A stretch of DNA of 64,000 nt from Octopus vulgaris. Lineage: Eukaryota. A program made the position numbers and the translations under genes. The notes beneath the pieces are model-generated. The model had not been told where the DNA came from and made no database searches. It saw only the letters and a list, made by a program, of their open reading frames with translations. This document shows, one piece after another, positions 1-11,383 of this stretch; the first letter of the stretch is position 1; each line of letters begins with the position of its first letter. Location of the stretch: NCBI GenBank assembly GCA_951406725.2, contig OX597817.1, positions 124,992,001 through 125,056,000 of the forward strand, given 5' to 3'.

Positions 1-476
1 TTAACCAAATCAATAGGATATCATATAACATGCTTTGCACTTTGAAACTTATAGAGATAAAATTAGTCTTTTAATCCTTCTAGGATTGGTAGAATAAGTA
101 CCAGTCTCTATGTCATAGGTTCAATTAATCTGACGAAACACTTGAAAGGAGATACCCCAGAATGACCTCAGTTCAATAACTGAAGGCAAGATAGAAACTG
201 TAAAATGCTTGTTTGAGATATATATATGTGTGTATGTGCGTATGTGTATGTATATATATATATATATATAAGTTCAGCAAAAATTTAGATTCAAATGAAT
301 ATGGTACTTAATTTAGATGCACCAGAATTCTGTATGGTGTTATTCATAAAAAATCCATGGGGTAATTATAATCAAAATAAGCAACAAGAATGACTCCGGT
401 AATTTGGTACGATCGTTTCGTACCACATCATTTTATTAAATGTTGTAAGTATTACAACAGTTTTAAAATGCTGAGC

Positions 477-521
<45 letters not shown>

Positions 522-579
522 ATGTGTAATGTAATAATTAAAAAAAAAACATTGGTTTCATATCTAGTGTGAACTAGAC

Positions 580-1743
580 ATTTGCGACCTTATAGGGTTT
601 TACATTCTGAACAGCCTGGGTAATAAATTCCCCTCTGTCCACTTCGGCTTATATAGAGATGATACTTTAGCCATCTCCAGAGGCACTAACCACCATACTT
701 TAGACAGGCTTAGAAAAGACATCATACACACCCTCAACATCTTTGGCCTTAAAATCACCATAGAAACTAACGTCACCTTGGTGAACTTCTTGGATGTCAC
801 ACTTGATCTAGTTAGTGGCACCTACAGACCATACTGTAAACCGAATGATAGGCTATCATACATTAATACAGCCTCCTGCCACCCACTCATAGTGTTCAAA
901 AACCTAATAAAATGTATCAGCAAACGGATTTTGATGTTATCTTCAAATAAAGATAGTTTTAATGCAGTGGCTCCCGCTTACAATGAGGTGCTAGTGGCCA
1001 GCGGGTTCAAAGAGAATATGGTATATATACCAGGATTGAGTAACCATAAATGGAAATGCCACTGCAAGACCTTATGGTTTGCTCCCTGCTTCTCCCTAAA
1101 CATCCGGACATGCATAGGTAAGATTTTTCTAATGCTGATTGATAAGCATTTCATACAATCAAACAAATATAGAAAGATCTTTAACAGACATAATTTAAGA
1201 ATCTCTTTCAGTTGTGCACCCAATGTTAAGAAAAAATTACTTAGCACTCCTAAACTATGGACAGAGGCAGGTTGTTCATGCAGGATTAGAAATGAATGCC
1301 CAGTGGATGGCCATTGTAACACTGAGGCTACAGTGTACCAAGCAAAGGCAGCCTCAAACATAAGCAGCACAAATTACAGTAGCATTAATGCCAAAACAAG
1401 GACACACACTAAAATTTATGTTGGATTTTGTGAATCCAAATTTAAAATTCACCTGAACAATCACAGATCTCCTTTCAAGATCCCAGAGAGATGCATCACA
1501 ACATTCGCAGCATATGTATGGTGCCCAAAGGACAAACATATACCCTTTTAAATCAGGTGGAAATTACTGGAAACTTGTGGACCCTATTGCAATGGAACAA
1601 GACTGTGTAAATTGTGTATGGCAGAAAGATATATTATCCTCATGAACTCATATGAGCCAGGAGGTTACCTGAACACCAGGATGGAAACCATGGGGAGTTG
1701 AACACATTTTCGGAAACTTTTACTTCAAAATTGGAAAAATTAG
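580..1743 (+). pseudogene. PLE reverse transcriptase C-terminal half plus GIY-YIG endonuclease (Hydra-clade-like motifs)
   Basis: One frame reads ICDLIGFYIL...GLYRDD...FLDVTLDL...YINTASCHP, linker CSCRIRNEC (CxCx5C), VYQA...YVG...FK...NH, IRW, CKLC; in-frame stops at 1549 (TAA) and 1699 (TGA). Confidence 0.88.
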
Positions 1744-1848
1744 TTACCAAGCGAAGGAAGACAACATTCTCGGTCATAATGTTTTGAGAGGAATATTTCT
1801 TGAACTATCATGTGTTTAAAAAAACATTCTTTGCAGAGAACAGTTATC

Positions 1849-1913
1849 GTTTAGAGAAACTGAAGACATGTCTAGTTCATGCTAGATATGAAACCAATGG
1901 TATTTTTCTAAAC
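1849..1913 (+). ncRNA. Type I hammerhead ribozyme in the PLE 3' region
   Basis: Stem I GTTTAGAGAAA/TTTTTCTAAAC; CTGAAGA 1860-1866; stem II ATGTCTAG/CTAGATAT; GAAA; stem III ACC-AAT-GGT; predicted cleavage after GTA (1902). Confidence 0.85.
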
Positions 1914-2000
1914 TATTATGTTACACATACAAAAATAAACAACTGCTCTATAGTTTATAGGCTATGCTCTTCTCCTGATTTATGATATTGTAAAGAAGAT

Positions 2001-2037
<37 letters not shown>

Positions 2038-2463
2038 ATGTGTGTGTGTGCTTTGTAAACTACATCTGTTTCCTTTTATATCCAGGTTTTCTCTCAATTC
2101 ATTTTCACTCTATTATTCATATATGCTAATTTTTACATTTCCCTGAAGCATGCTCACTGAAGTTTTTACCATCTTTTATAAATCTTCTATAATCAAAATC
2201 CATAACACACAGCATCACTTCATGCTCAAAGATCATATAGTATGCCTTTCACAGTTAGAGAGAAAACATTTTTGCTAGAAGAGCACTAGCAGTTAGAACT
2301 CCCTAAATGCTTTTTACCCTGTTTTTAATCTAGGACAATGGTTGTGGAACACTTACTTCTGCTGCTAATTTGGCCACATAGGTAACCAAATCTATCAATG
2401 ATTTCTGAAGGTCAGAGAAAAATAATTTTATGTGTATTTTTACTGGCAACTCTTGTGCATCAC

Positions 2464-2503
<40 letters not shown>

Positions 2504-2506
<3 letters not shown>

Positions 2507-2900
2507 CGCAGGAGAGGCTGTGTGGTAAGTAGCTTGCTTACCAACCACATGGTTCAGTCCCACTGCATGGCACCTTGGGCAAATGTCTTTTACTATAGCC
2601 TCGGGCCGACCAAAGCCTTGTGAGTGGATTTGGTAGATGGAAACTAAAAGAAGCCTGTCGTATATATGTATATATATATGTGTGTGTGTGTGTGTGTTTG
2701 TGTGTCTGTGTTTATCCCCCTAACATTGCTTGACAACCGATGCTGGTGTGTTTATGTCCCCATCACTTAGTAGCTTGGCAAAAGAGACCGATAGAATAAG
2801 TACGGGCTTACAAAGAATAAGTCCCGGGGTCAAGTTGCTTCGACTAAAGGCGATGCTCCAGCATGGCTACAGTCAAATGACTGAAACAAGTAAAAGAGTA
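2504..2900 (+). mobile_element. tRNA-derived SINE family A (CORE-like block, internal (TA)n(TG)n)
   Basis: Head ggcgcaggagNggctgtgtggtaag, ccttgggcaa block, tail gactgaaacaagtaaaagag; more than 20 copies or fragments in the window. Confidence 0.9.
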
Positions 2901-2976
2901 TCATCATCATCATCATCATCGTTTAACGTCCGCTTAAACGATGATGATGATGATGATGATACTTTTTTTATATATA

Positions 2977-3008
<32 letters not shown>

Positions 3009-3011
<3 letters not shown>

Positions 3012-3137
3012 GGTGTCCCAAAAAATGTATACACATTGTGGTTCAGCAAAAGAGAACGATAGAATAAGTACTAGGCTTACAAAGAATAACAAATTTACAA
3101 TTATTTAAGGTGTGTATACATTTTTTGGGACACCCTG
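3009..3137. mobile_element. Tc1/mariner-type MITE
   Basis: TIRs CAGGGTGTCCCAAAAAATGTATACACA / TGTGTATACATTTTTTGGGACACCCTG, TA on both flanks. Confidence 0.9.
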
Positions 3138-3639
3138 TATATATATAGTCTACTTTCCTGTCTATCCATCAGTGATACTAGTACACCTCTGATGCATCCA
3201 AAGTTTACTGTTTGGTACACTGTGTGGAATTCCTACCTCTTTTTTTTCTGCAAATGAAGCATAGCTATTTCCCTGGTGTTAATAAAGTCCTTCCATTTTG
3301 CTAACCAAAATTCTTATCTTTGCTCCGTTTACCCTGAGATCTTTTGATTCTAGTCTTAACTTCCAACCTATTAGCTAAATTCTTCACTAAGCTTATTAAC
3401 TCTTTAACTGCACTTCTGTTTATAGCTTCAGTACTTCTGTTTATAGCTTACATAGCTCTCACAAGCTATTTATCTATCTTGACTTTTATTTTAGTGACCA
3501 CCAGACTAATAAGCATTAAACCTAGTCACTGACCATTTTAGATCAATAAAATCTATGGGAGCTTGCTCCTAACTGTGTGTGTCTCCTGTAGCTTCCTTGC
3601 TAAACATGCTTCAATGATTTTGCACAATATATAATTTCC

Positions 3640-4600
3640 AACATTTACTATATAGCAAACAGGATATTTTACCCCAACACGTTTCTTAAAGTATTTTTCA
3701 TTTCGAACATTTTCATGCTAATTATAAAATATAAAACTTCAGCATGTTTTAGAATTTATGATTCTCAGTTTAGCTCATAATGACAGAAACGATATTTTTC
3801 TTCACCTCAGTTCTTCCAAAAAGCTCCATGTTTGGCCATGTAATGAAATATAAAATCTCTCCAATATATTCCCTTTCACCCAATAAAATATATTGGAATA
3901 GGCCATTTAATATATTCTGCACCTTTCAGAATACATAATTTTCGGATTTTCTCAGTGACAAAAACCATATTTTCCCCACCCTATTTCATACAGAATTTTT
4001 CAATTTTTGCTACTTTTAGTTTAGTTATAAAATGTTACAGAATAACTCCCTTTCTCCGACTAAACCCACAGATATAGATCATTAATGGATTCTGCCTCTT
4101 TTAGAATACATAATTTTCAATTTCTCTCACATGACAAATAATATTTTATCCAAATTGGCCCTTACAGATTTTTCATTTTTAGACATTTTCAAGTTGGTTA
4201 TAAAATATTAAAAATGTATATTCAGTCACCTTCTAAAACGTGCTGAAATAGACTATTTAAAATATGCTGTTCTCTTTAGAATACATAATTTTCAAATTTT
4301 CTTGAATAAGAAAATTATATTTTCCTCCACCCCGATCCTTAAAATAATTTTCATTTTTGGCCAATTTCAATCAGATTTATAAAATACAGAATTTCTGTTG
4401 GAATATTCACTCTCATATACAACAATATACTGAAAAGCTTCTACATCTTTTAGTAAATATCATTTTCCATGATATTTTTCACCATCTCTTTTTTCAGTGA
4501 AATTTCCATTTTCCTCATTTCCAAATTATATAATCTGTTACAAAATTTAAAATTTCTGCCACGTTATTCACCCTCACTCAATAAAACATTTAAACCTTTT
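3640..4600. repeat. Degenerate tandem array, unit about 175 bp, about 5 copies
   Basis: GAATACATAATTTTC recurs at 3929, 4104, 4279, with variants at 3752 and 4453. Confidence 0.75.
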
Positions 4601-5156
4601 AAGATGTATCATAATGACCTAAACATTTGGTTTGATGTCACCTTTTTTGGCATAATGTTAACAGGCAATGTGTGTTGAGATGACCAGAAATGATCTATGA
4701 TCAAGCCTCATTTTGATTCCCAAAGGCCATGGAGTCATAATAGAGCTTTACTGTATCATAGGTACTGAGAGGAAATCAATAATAATCATAGTTATTGTGG
4801 GTAAAATACTCAGTTATTACATACTGAAATAAGAGGCATTTGAAATTTTATGTTTCATAAATATGATTGAAATTGACCAAAAATGAACATTTTTTTAAGG
4901 ACTAGATTGAGGGAAAGCAATTTTCTCATACAAGAAATGTTGAAAAGTATGTATTCTAAAAAGTGCAGTAGTCTATTTCTACTCAATTCAAATTGTAAGA
5001 ATGATATATTTGTCTTCACATTTTGTAACTTTGTTGTAAATGGCCTAAAACTCTGTAAAAACTGAGTTCATTACAATATCATAATTTGTCACATGACAAA
5101 ATTTGTAAAATTAGGTATTTTAAGAGGCAGAATCAATTAATGATCTATATAAGCAT

Positions 5157-5207
5157 TCTTCTTCTTCTTCTTCTTCTTCTTCTTCTTCTTCTTCTTCTTC
5201 TTCTTCT
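5157..5207. repeat. (CTT)n microsatellite
   Basis: Read directly. Confidence 0.95.
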
Positions 5208-5758
5208 CCCCTCCTCCCATTCTTATCATCATCAACATTGTCGTCGTCGTCATCATAATATTAATATGCTATTTTCTTATGTACGTACCTGTGGTGTGTG
5301 TCACAATTACTTCAAAGGAAGATTAAAAAGAGAGAAATACACTTGTTCAGCAGAGAAAGTACTGTTGAAGTGAGAGACAAAGTGGCAAAATGAGGGACAA
5401 CACTCTTTCTCTCTCTCAATCTGTTTGTCTCTCTCTCAGCAAATAGCTGTGGATGTTACTGTTACTTTTCTACAGTTGAAGGCAGAGGTACAAAGACAAA
5501 GAAAAATAAAAGATGTTAAGCAGACGAGGTATACTTGAAGAAAGTGCAACGCGAGAGAGAGAGGACAGCCCTCACTAGATCTGGACCATCTAGCTTTGAC
5601 TTCATTAGCTTCCTCACCATTCCCAATTTTCGTTTTCATTTCTGTTGTTAATACTCTGTCAGATTCTAATACTCCTAGATACTTATAACTCTCTCCTCCT
5701 TTCAATGATTTCAATGTATGGCCATCTGGTAATTGGATGCCTTCGCTGTTGACTACCT

Positions 5759-5979
5759 ATTTCTTTATTACCCACAAGGGGCTAAACATAGAGGGGACAA
5801 ACAAGGACAGACATAGGTATTAAGTCGGTTACATCGACCCCAGTGTGTAACTGGTACTTAATTTATCGACCCTGAAAGGATGAAAAGCAAAGTTGACCTC
5901 GGTGGAATTTGAACTCACAACGTAACGACAGACGAAATACCACTAGGCATTTCGCCTGGCGTGCTAACATTTCTGCCAG
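5759..5979 (-). mobile_element. SINE family B with 17-bp TSD
   Basis: TSD TTCGCTGTTGACTACCT at 5742-5758 and 5980-5996; body gagttcaaattcc...tttcatcctttcagggtcgataaattaagtaccag. Confidence 0.92.
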
Positions 5980-6084
5980 TTCGCTGTTGACTACCTGTCT
6001 CTTTCTCATGACTAACATTGCACTCTTATCTATGCCAAATTCCATTCCTATATCTTTGCAGAAGAGTCTTACAGTCTGTATTAA

Positions 6085-8571
6085 CCTTCCATCTGCCAAT
6101 GGTCCAATGAATCCAATGGACTCATTTCAGATTTTTCAGTTGCTTTTACCTATTGTTTCAGTTGCTTTTTTCTACTGTTTATATTATTTGATTCAGCTGA
6201 TTTCTCGTGACTCTTATTTTTTCTTGACTCTCTTTTATTTGTCAAATAGGAAATTTTCCATATGTTTATAAAAGCTAGAAAATTTTACGTTATACATTAA
6301 TTACCATAAGGGTCCACTGGACCCTAGAATTAATACTCTTGTCATTCTAAACAGAATAAAAGCAGTATCAAATATATTTTCCTAGATATTTATCAGATAT
6401 AAAATAGATAAAATTGTATTCAATTTATTTGCTGAATCTTAGATAAAACAGGAAAAATCATGAAAATATTCCTGTAATTTTGTGTGGTGTTGCATCACCT
6501 TCAATCTACTAGATTATAGGGTGATGCAATATTTCTATGTGATGATGCATTTCTTACAATATATTGCATCATATTTCAGGAGAGTATAAATATATGAGAG
6601 GGCAATATCTGCCTTTAGTCTGCTATCAAGTTTCATATAGTTTAGTTGTGCTTTCCAATATGCCTAGACATGAAAACTTGAGTGAAGTCCAAATATCGAA
6701 ATTGTTACTGGAATTAGATGAAGAATGGGAAGAAGATAGTAGTGATTCCTTCTATTGTTCTGAAGATTATGGTGAAAGTGATTGTGTCATCAGATGATGA
6801 AGATACTCAAAGGCAATTATCTGCAAGCCAACCCAATTATGAATGAGCAATATGTTTCTAGAGATAGACAAGAAGTTTGGCATTCTAATCCTCTTTCCCA
6901 AGCAGCAGTAAGAACTTCATCTTGCAATATTGTACACCAAGAATGTGGATCATCCTGTTTTGCTAAAAGGCTTTGCAATAGTATTTAAACATGTTTTACA
7001 ATCTTTATGCACCAGAATTTTCCTGAAGTAATTCGTAAATGGACAAATGTTGAAGGTCAGGTTGTTTACAAAGATAAATGGAAGGAAATTGCTCACTCTG
7101 AACTAAAGGCATTTTATTGGACTGATTATTCTCATAGGTGTTTGTAAATCTAAACATGAAATGGTCACACAGTTATGGAGTCAAGAAGATTGCCACCTAA
7201 TATTCAACAAAATTATGAGCTGGGGAAGATTTCAACAGATTAAACAAGTATTTGCATTTTGATGGTGTTAGTGAAGGAAGAAAAAAGAGAAGTGATGATA
7301 AATTGGAGCCCATAAGAGAAGCATTTGAAATGTGGAATCGGAATTTCCAAGATGGATATGTTCCAAGTTCATGCTTGACAGTTGATGAACAATTAGTTTC
7401 ATTCAGAGGGCACTGCCCATTCTGGGTATATATTCCTTCAAAACTAGGGATATATGGAATTAAGATTTGTGCAATATCTTACAGTGAAACATCTTATGCT
7501 TGGAAAATGCAAATCTACACTGGAAAAGACTGAGTAAAAGGGAAAAAGACAAATCAAGTTTCAAGAGTTGTTGAAGACCTAGTAAAAGAACGTGAAAATA
7601 CTGGTCTCAGTATAACTTGTAATTTTACAAGCCTAGGATTGGCTTGAAAGCTACTTAGCAAGAAAGTGACTTTAGTTCGAACAATTAGAGAGAACAGAGT
7701 TGAACTTCCAAGTGCTTTCACAAATGGAAAAGAAAGAGAAATCAACAGCACAATATTTGGATTTTAAAAAGATTCTATGATCCTATCTTATTGTTCTAAG
7801 AAAAATTATGTAGTCACACTTATGAGTACAATGCACTCTCAGCCTTCAGTTGATTTAAAAAGTGCTGAAAAGAAACCTGAAGTTATTACATGTTACAACA
7901 AAACAAAAGGAGGAGTAGATACCCTACATAAGATGGTAAGGACATACATTTACAGAAGAATTACTTGAAGATGGCCTATGGTTATATTCTACAACATGAT
8001 TGATATAAGTGCAGCGAATGTTTTCATTGTTGTTAAACAGCTTCACTTGCAAAGTTTCAAGGATAAAAGAAGACAGTGCCTAATTCAGTTAGGAAAGGAA
8101 CTTGCTTGAGTTAATGCTAAACACGAACATGACAAACAATCTTCTAGTTCTGCTAATATTTCTCGACCAAACAAGAAAAGAAGACAATCTTCAACCTCAT
8201 TTGAGATTCCTCAATCAAAGAAAAAAGGAAGATGTTCATTGTGTGGCCCCAAAAAAGACAAGAAAACGTGTACTACATGTAAGAATTGTAATATCCATGT
8301 TTGCCAGGAACATTCCAATGTTGTCTGCATTCACTACCTTGAAGAGCTGTAATTCTGTATTTTTGTAATTTTTAAAATTTATAATATGCTCTCTAAGCCT
8401 ATTTTTTTATTAAATTTGTGAGAAACAGTAATTCTCCATTCACCTGACAGCATATATAATGTAGCTAAGAAATAGTGATAGTTTGAATAAAATTTAATGA
8501 AAAGAAAATTATTGGGTCCATTGAACCCAGTTGGTAATTAGTAACGTACATTTTCTCTGGTAGACCAAGGG
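6085..8571 (+). mobile_element. piggyBac DNA transposon (decayed, both ends present)
   Basis: TTAA at 6081-6084 and 8572-8575; degenerate TIRs CCTTCCATCTGCCA / CCCTTGGTCTACCA (reverse complement); subterminal GGGTCCAYTGRACCC near 6310 and 8514; removing it restores the host RT frame DSL|IQTV. Confidence 0.93.
6660..8352 (+). pseudogene. piggyBac transposase pseudogene
   Basis: Acidic N-terminus; TVDEQLVSFRGHCPF..YIPSK..YGIK; YNKTKGGVD; RWP-like motif; C-terminal Cys-rich RCSLC...TCKNC...VCQEH; many stops and frameshifts. Confidence 0.92.
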
Positions 8572-10161
8572 TTAAGGAATCTACCTCTTTTTCATTCATG
8601 CTAAAAAGCTTCAGAACATCCATGTAGAGCAAATGGTTAATTTTTTGATTACTCTTTCTGAACTGATACCCTGTCTTTGCCTTTCTTAATACTAAACTGA
8701 GGGGGATCAAACATAAGACAAATATTAAAGGGAAGAACGAGTCCCCCTGGAAGATTCATGTTTTGATATTAACTTTCCCTGAGAAGTGTGTCACCAGAGT
8801 ATAGATCTAGTTTCCATTTCTTCATGCTACAGCTAATTAATTCTCTTATGTTTGCTATAATGAATATACTCAAACATTCACTCATCCATGAGTGTGGGAT
8901 CATGTCATAGGCTTCCCTATAATCAATCCATGCTATTGTTAGATTTTTCTTCCTAGTCTTTACTTCATTTAGAGCTGCTTCATCAGCATATAACATATTA
9001 TGCATTCCTCTAGCCTTCTTCCTGCAACCTTTCTGTTCTTCTGGTAGTAACTTCTGGTTGTCAAAGTGTTTGTAAATGCTTTCTGAAAGTATTCCTGTTA
9101 ACAGCTTCCACACTAATGATAAGCAAATCATTGGTCTATAGTTGCTAGCTGTATTACCCTTGCTCTTATCCTTCATAATGAATACTGTCCTCCCTCTAGT
9201 CATCCAATTTAGTATTATTCCTTCACTAAGGAAATCTTGAAGTTGTTCCCTAAGGCTCCCATATAAATTTCTATAGCCAGTACCCTTGAACTAAATCTGG
9301 TCCTGGGCCCCTCCAATTCGGCATTTTTCCTAACACTTTACTCATTAATGCACTAGTTAATCTTACAGCTGGCTGCTTTCCACACTTTCTTTAATTATAC
9401 TGCATGTCTATTATGATTGACTGGTTCATCCCAAATATTACTCCAGAACTTTCTAGCTTCTTCCGCATTAGGTTTCTCATCTCCAGTACTTCATTTTCCA
9501 CTATTCAGTTACAAAATCTCCTCTGATCTGTCTTAAGTAATCTATTCTGTTGATACTGATCTATTCTTTTCTGATATCTGGAGAATTTGTCTGCTACTGC
9601 TCTGATACGCTATTTTTACTCTTCTATTACTGTCCCAGATATTTTCTCTGACTAAGTATCTTTTCTCGAGGGAAGATTTGCATCTTGTGTTTCCTAACTT
9701 GCTTGCTTTCCAGGCTTCTATTCTACTCAGATCTAGTCTTAAAGTCTTCCATTTTGTAGTTTCCTTTTCCACGTTTTCTCTTTTCTAATCCTTTCCTGTG
9801 AGATATCTAATATTCTGGTGACTACTACTTCTGCATAGATCAATAAGTTAAGGACTTCTATGTTTTTAGTATTTATCCTATTGATAACACAATCTACTTT
9901 CCTAGTCATTTCTAGCAGCTTCCTTCTGTTGATGCCTTTTAATGCTTTCAGTCTTTTACTCACTACTTCCTACAACTCATCTAAAATCTGATCTTCCGCA
10001 CTTAAATCACTTAAGTCATTGGCTCCAGTTGTCCTTTCCTTATTGGTAGAGCTATTGTTATTTTGTCCCTCAATTTTTTTCTTTGGTTTGAGTTGTATCT
10101 CTTATATTGTTGTTTCATCATCATCATCATCATCATTATTATTATTATTATTATTATTATT

Positions 10162-10378
10162 AAGGTGCTGAGCTGGCAGAATCGTTAGCGCACTGGATGA
10201 GATGCTTAGTGGTATTTCACCTGTTGCTTTGTTCTGTATTCATATTCTGCTGTGGTCAACTTTGCCTTTCATCCTTTCAGGCTGATAAAATAAGTACCAG
10301 TGAAACCACTGAAATCAATGAAATTGATTTATCCCCTCCCACCAAATTGCTGCTCTTGTGGCAAAATTTGAAACCATT
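10162..10378 (+). mobile_element. SINE family B
   Basis: gagctggcagaatcgttagc...ctttgcctttcatcctttcag; a more decayed copy follows at about 10420-10630. Confidence 0.8.
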
Positions 10379-10842
10379 ATTATTGATTGATTTGTTGATT
10401 GATTGATTGATTGCTAATCAATTGGCAGAAAGAAATGTTAGAGCATTGGGCAATTTACCTTTAGGTATTTATTTTGATGCTTTTACATTCTGAGTTCAAA
10501 TTCCACTATGGTCAACTTTACCTTAAAATTTTTTAGGTCCGATAAAAGGAAGTACCTAGCATGAAATGTATTTAGTATAACGAACTTAGTATGTCTTCCC
10601 AAAGTTTCAGGCTTGTGCCTACTTCAGAAAAAATGAGTACCAATAGTTTGAGGGTGGGAGATTGGCCTGATTGTTGTAGTATTGGAAAACTACTTTTCAA
10701 TATACATTCAGGATTTTTATTTTTCTGAGTACAAAAGTAGAAATCCTACTGAGGCTTTATGTTGTTTGTCCTTTGAGAGTTGGTCAAATAAAATTCAGTC
10801 TAATACTTGAATTGATGGTGTCAACTAACTTCTTATGTGTGT

Positions 10843-11117
10843 ATCATCATCATCATTTAACATCTGCTTTCTATGCTGGCATGAGTTGGATGGTTTGACA
10901 TGGAGCTGGTAGCAGGAAGCTGTCCATACTCCAACTGTCTGTTATGGTTTCTATGGCTGGAAGCTCTTCCTTAAACCAACCACTTTACAGAGTGTTCTGG
11001 GTACTTTTTACATGCCACTGGCATGGGTACATTTACACAGCAATGACACGTGTGCTTTTTAAGTAGCACAAGCACCTGAAAGGACAACCTTGTATGTGTG
11101 GAAGATAGTGTTGACTT
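10843..11117 (-). mobile_element. Repeat family D (tail ccaacccatgccagcatggaaagcggacgttaaa-(TGA)n)
   Basis: Reverse complement of the family tail; flanked by an approximately 43-bp direct duplication. Confidence 0.7.
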
Positions 11118-11194
11118 TAATACTTGAATTGATGGTGTCGAATAACATCTGTGTGTATGTGTGTTTACAAAACCATTGTAATTTATTACACTGA

Positions 11195-11345
11195 CATTTA
11201 CTACACTCTCAGAGTGGTTGGTGTCAGGAAGGGCATTCAGCTGTAGAAACTCTGCCAGAACAGACTGGAGTCTGGTGCAGCTATCTGGTTCGCCAGACCT
11301 CAGTTAAATCGTCCAACCCATGCTAGCATGGAAAGCGGACGTTAA

Positions 11346-11383
<38 letters not shown>
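11195..11383 (+). mobile_element. Repeat family D 3' end with (GAT)n tail
   Basis: ggttggtgtcaggaagggcattcagctgtagaaac...gcatggaaagcggacgttaaatgatgat. Confidence 0.8.

Larger units (their letters stand above)
517..1999 (+). mobile_element. 5'-truncated Penelope-like element with an inverted 5' copy of its 3' end, inserted in (TA)n
   Basis: RT and GIY-YIG coding remnant at 580-1743; 517-581 is the reverse complement of about 1868-1932; (TA)n tracts on both sides (478-516, 2000-2021); HHR in the 3' region. Confidence 0.9.
5565..10110 (-). mobile_element. R4/Dong-type non-LTR retrotransposon remnant (RT), interrupted by a piggyBac and a SINE
   Basis: NYRPMICLSLVWKLLT, EEQKGCR, AWIDYREAYDMIPHSW, INHLLYMD(V)LKLF, DIGMEFGIDK, YKYLGV; coding pieces at 8572-10110, 5980-6084, 5565-5758; 5' end abuts (AAT)n/(GAT)n. 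Confidence 0.88.
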
